From NCBI RefSeq assembly GCF_009914755.1, contig NC_060934.1: a stretch of 64,000 bases of DNA; one strand, given 5' to 3'. The notes under the pieces were generated by a model that had not been told where the DNA came from, did no database searches, and saw only the letters and a list, made by a program, of their open reading frames with translations. Below are positions 62,602-64,000 of the stretch, one piece after another; positions within the stretch are counted from its first letter, which is position 1; each line of letters begins with the position of its first letter. The DNA comes from the human T2T-CHM13v2.0 reference genome, Homo sapiens. The position numbers and the translations under genes were made by a program.

Positions 62602-63669
62602 TTAAAAGCCTCATTTCAATAGTGTCTTAAAAGAAAAAAATATGGAAGAGCCTCTTATTTAGGTCATAACACAAATTCTTCTAATTCAGCCAAAATGAGT
62701 AAAACTTTTAGCTTTTTTCTGATTGGTTTTCATTTTAGATTAGTTACAATTTTGAGAAGGAGTCTGTGAAGGATTATTCTAGGGATTTATTTTTGTTCCC
62801 TCATAGTTTCTCTGAAAAACTTGATCAGGGAGGAGGAAAGGGTGATCCTGGTTCATTGGACCTGTCAGATCTGAATCCTCAGCTAGAGAAGGAACGGATT
62901 CCCTGCATCTTCTCCAGCAGCTTGCCACAGTGAGTATGAACTATCCCTCATGGGGATGTAGAGCTGTGTGCTCAGTTCCCTCTGGGGCTGGTTGGTTTCC
63001 TCTGGGTTTGTTGTGTTAAGCCAGCTGAAATGTGCTAGCTGAAACATGCCGCCTTTAACTCCTGTGCTCACAGTGAAATATCTCTCTAGGACTTGCCAAG
63101 ACAAGGCAAGCTAATACTCACTTCAAATGGCAACAAGCCATTTGAATAGCATTAGTTGCTATTTCCATTTTTATTCTTCCAGAAGAGGTTTCTTCGCTTA
63201 CCACCATCCTCAGCTAACAAACCCATGACGTCATTGTGTTTCTCACCTGCGACTCCTCCCTCGCTTTAGCAGAATCGGCAGTAGAATTGAAGCTAAAGCC
63301 ATCACGTGGCAGGCAGTCCACAAGAGTCTGCTGGGATGCCATTGTTTGCTGGGAGTGTTGTGTCTTGATGTACATCATCTTGTGTGCTTATCCCAGTCAC
63401 CAGAGGAGGTTGGCAAGGAGGGAAACTTTTTTGTTATCCCAACTTTGCAGAAGGAGAAGCTGCTGAGGATAGCATGGCTGGCAAATGGCAAGCTGACCTT
63501 TGAATGAGGAGAGATTTTCCTACTTCTGGTCTAGGCCTGCTTTCATGAGACGATGTTGCCTCTTAGAAACTGGTGTTAGGAGATGTGAAAGGATGTATGG
63601 TTGATATGAAATTAAAAGACCCAGGTTTGCATGCAGCTCTGACCACTTACTACTCATATGACCTGAACA

Positions 63670-64000
<331 letters not shown>

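Overview
Human genomic DNA, recognised from the ZNF22 protein as the ZNF22 locus at 10q11.21 (chromosome position recalled, not derived). The first 6.3 kb holds a CpG-island bidirectional promoter. It drives ZNF22 (+; non-coding exon 1, one coding exon, 224 aa, five C2H2 fingers, no KRAB) and the head-to-head two-exon 122-aa ORF C10orf25/ZNF22-AS1 (-). The rest is repeat-dense: a full-length L1PA3-type element with open ORF1 and ORF0 but broken ORF2, a near full-length Tigger1, solo LTR7 and MER11 LTRs, MaLR LTRs, many Alus and old L1s, and a DUXA retro-pseudogene. Two things are hidden in the unique DNA. (1) A collinear chain of about 18 decayed minus-strand exons resembling CEP164, from about 63.4 kb down to about 3.5 kb (probably CEP164P1). 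Its last exons lie inside the ZNF22 intron, and one of its introns contains the whole ZNF22 coding exon. (2) A very old RPL27 retrocopy just past the ZNF22 poly(A) signal. Smaller oddities include an AluYa5 arm inside an older AluY and two templated insertions. All homology calls were made by eye against remembered protein and consensus sequences; no searches were run.
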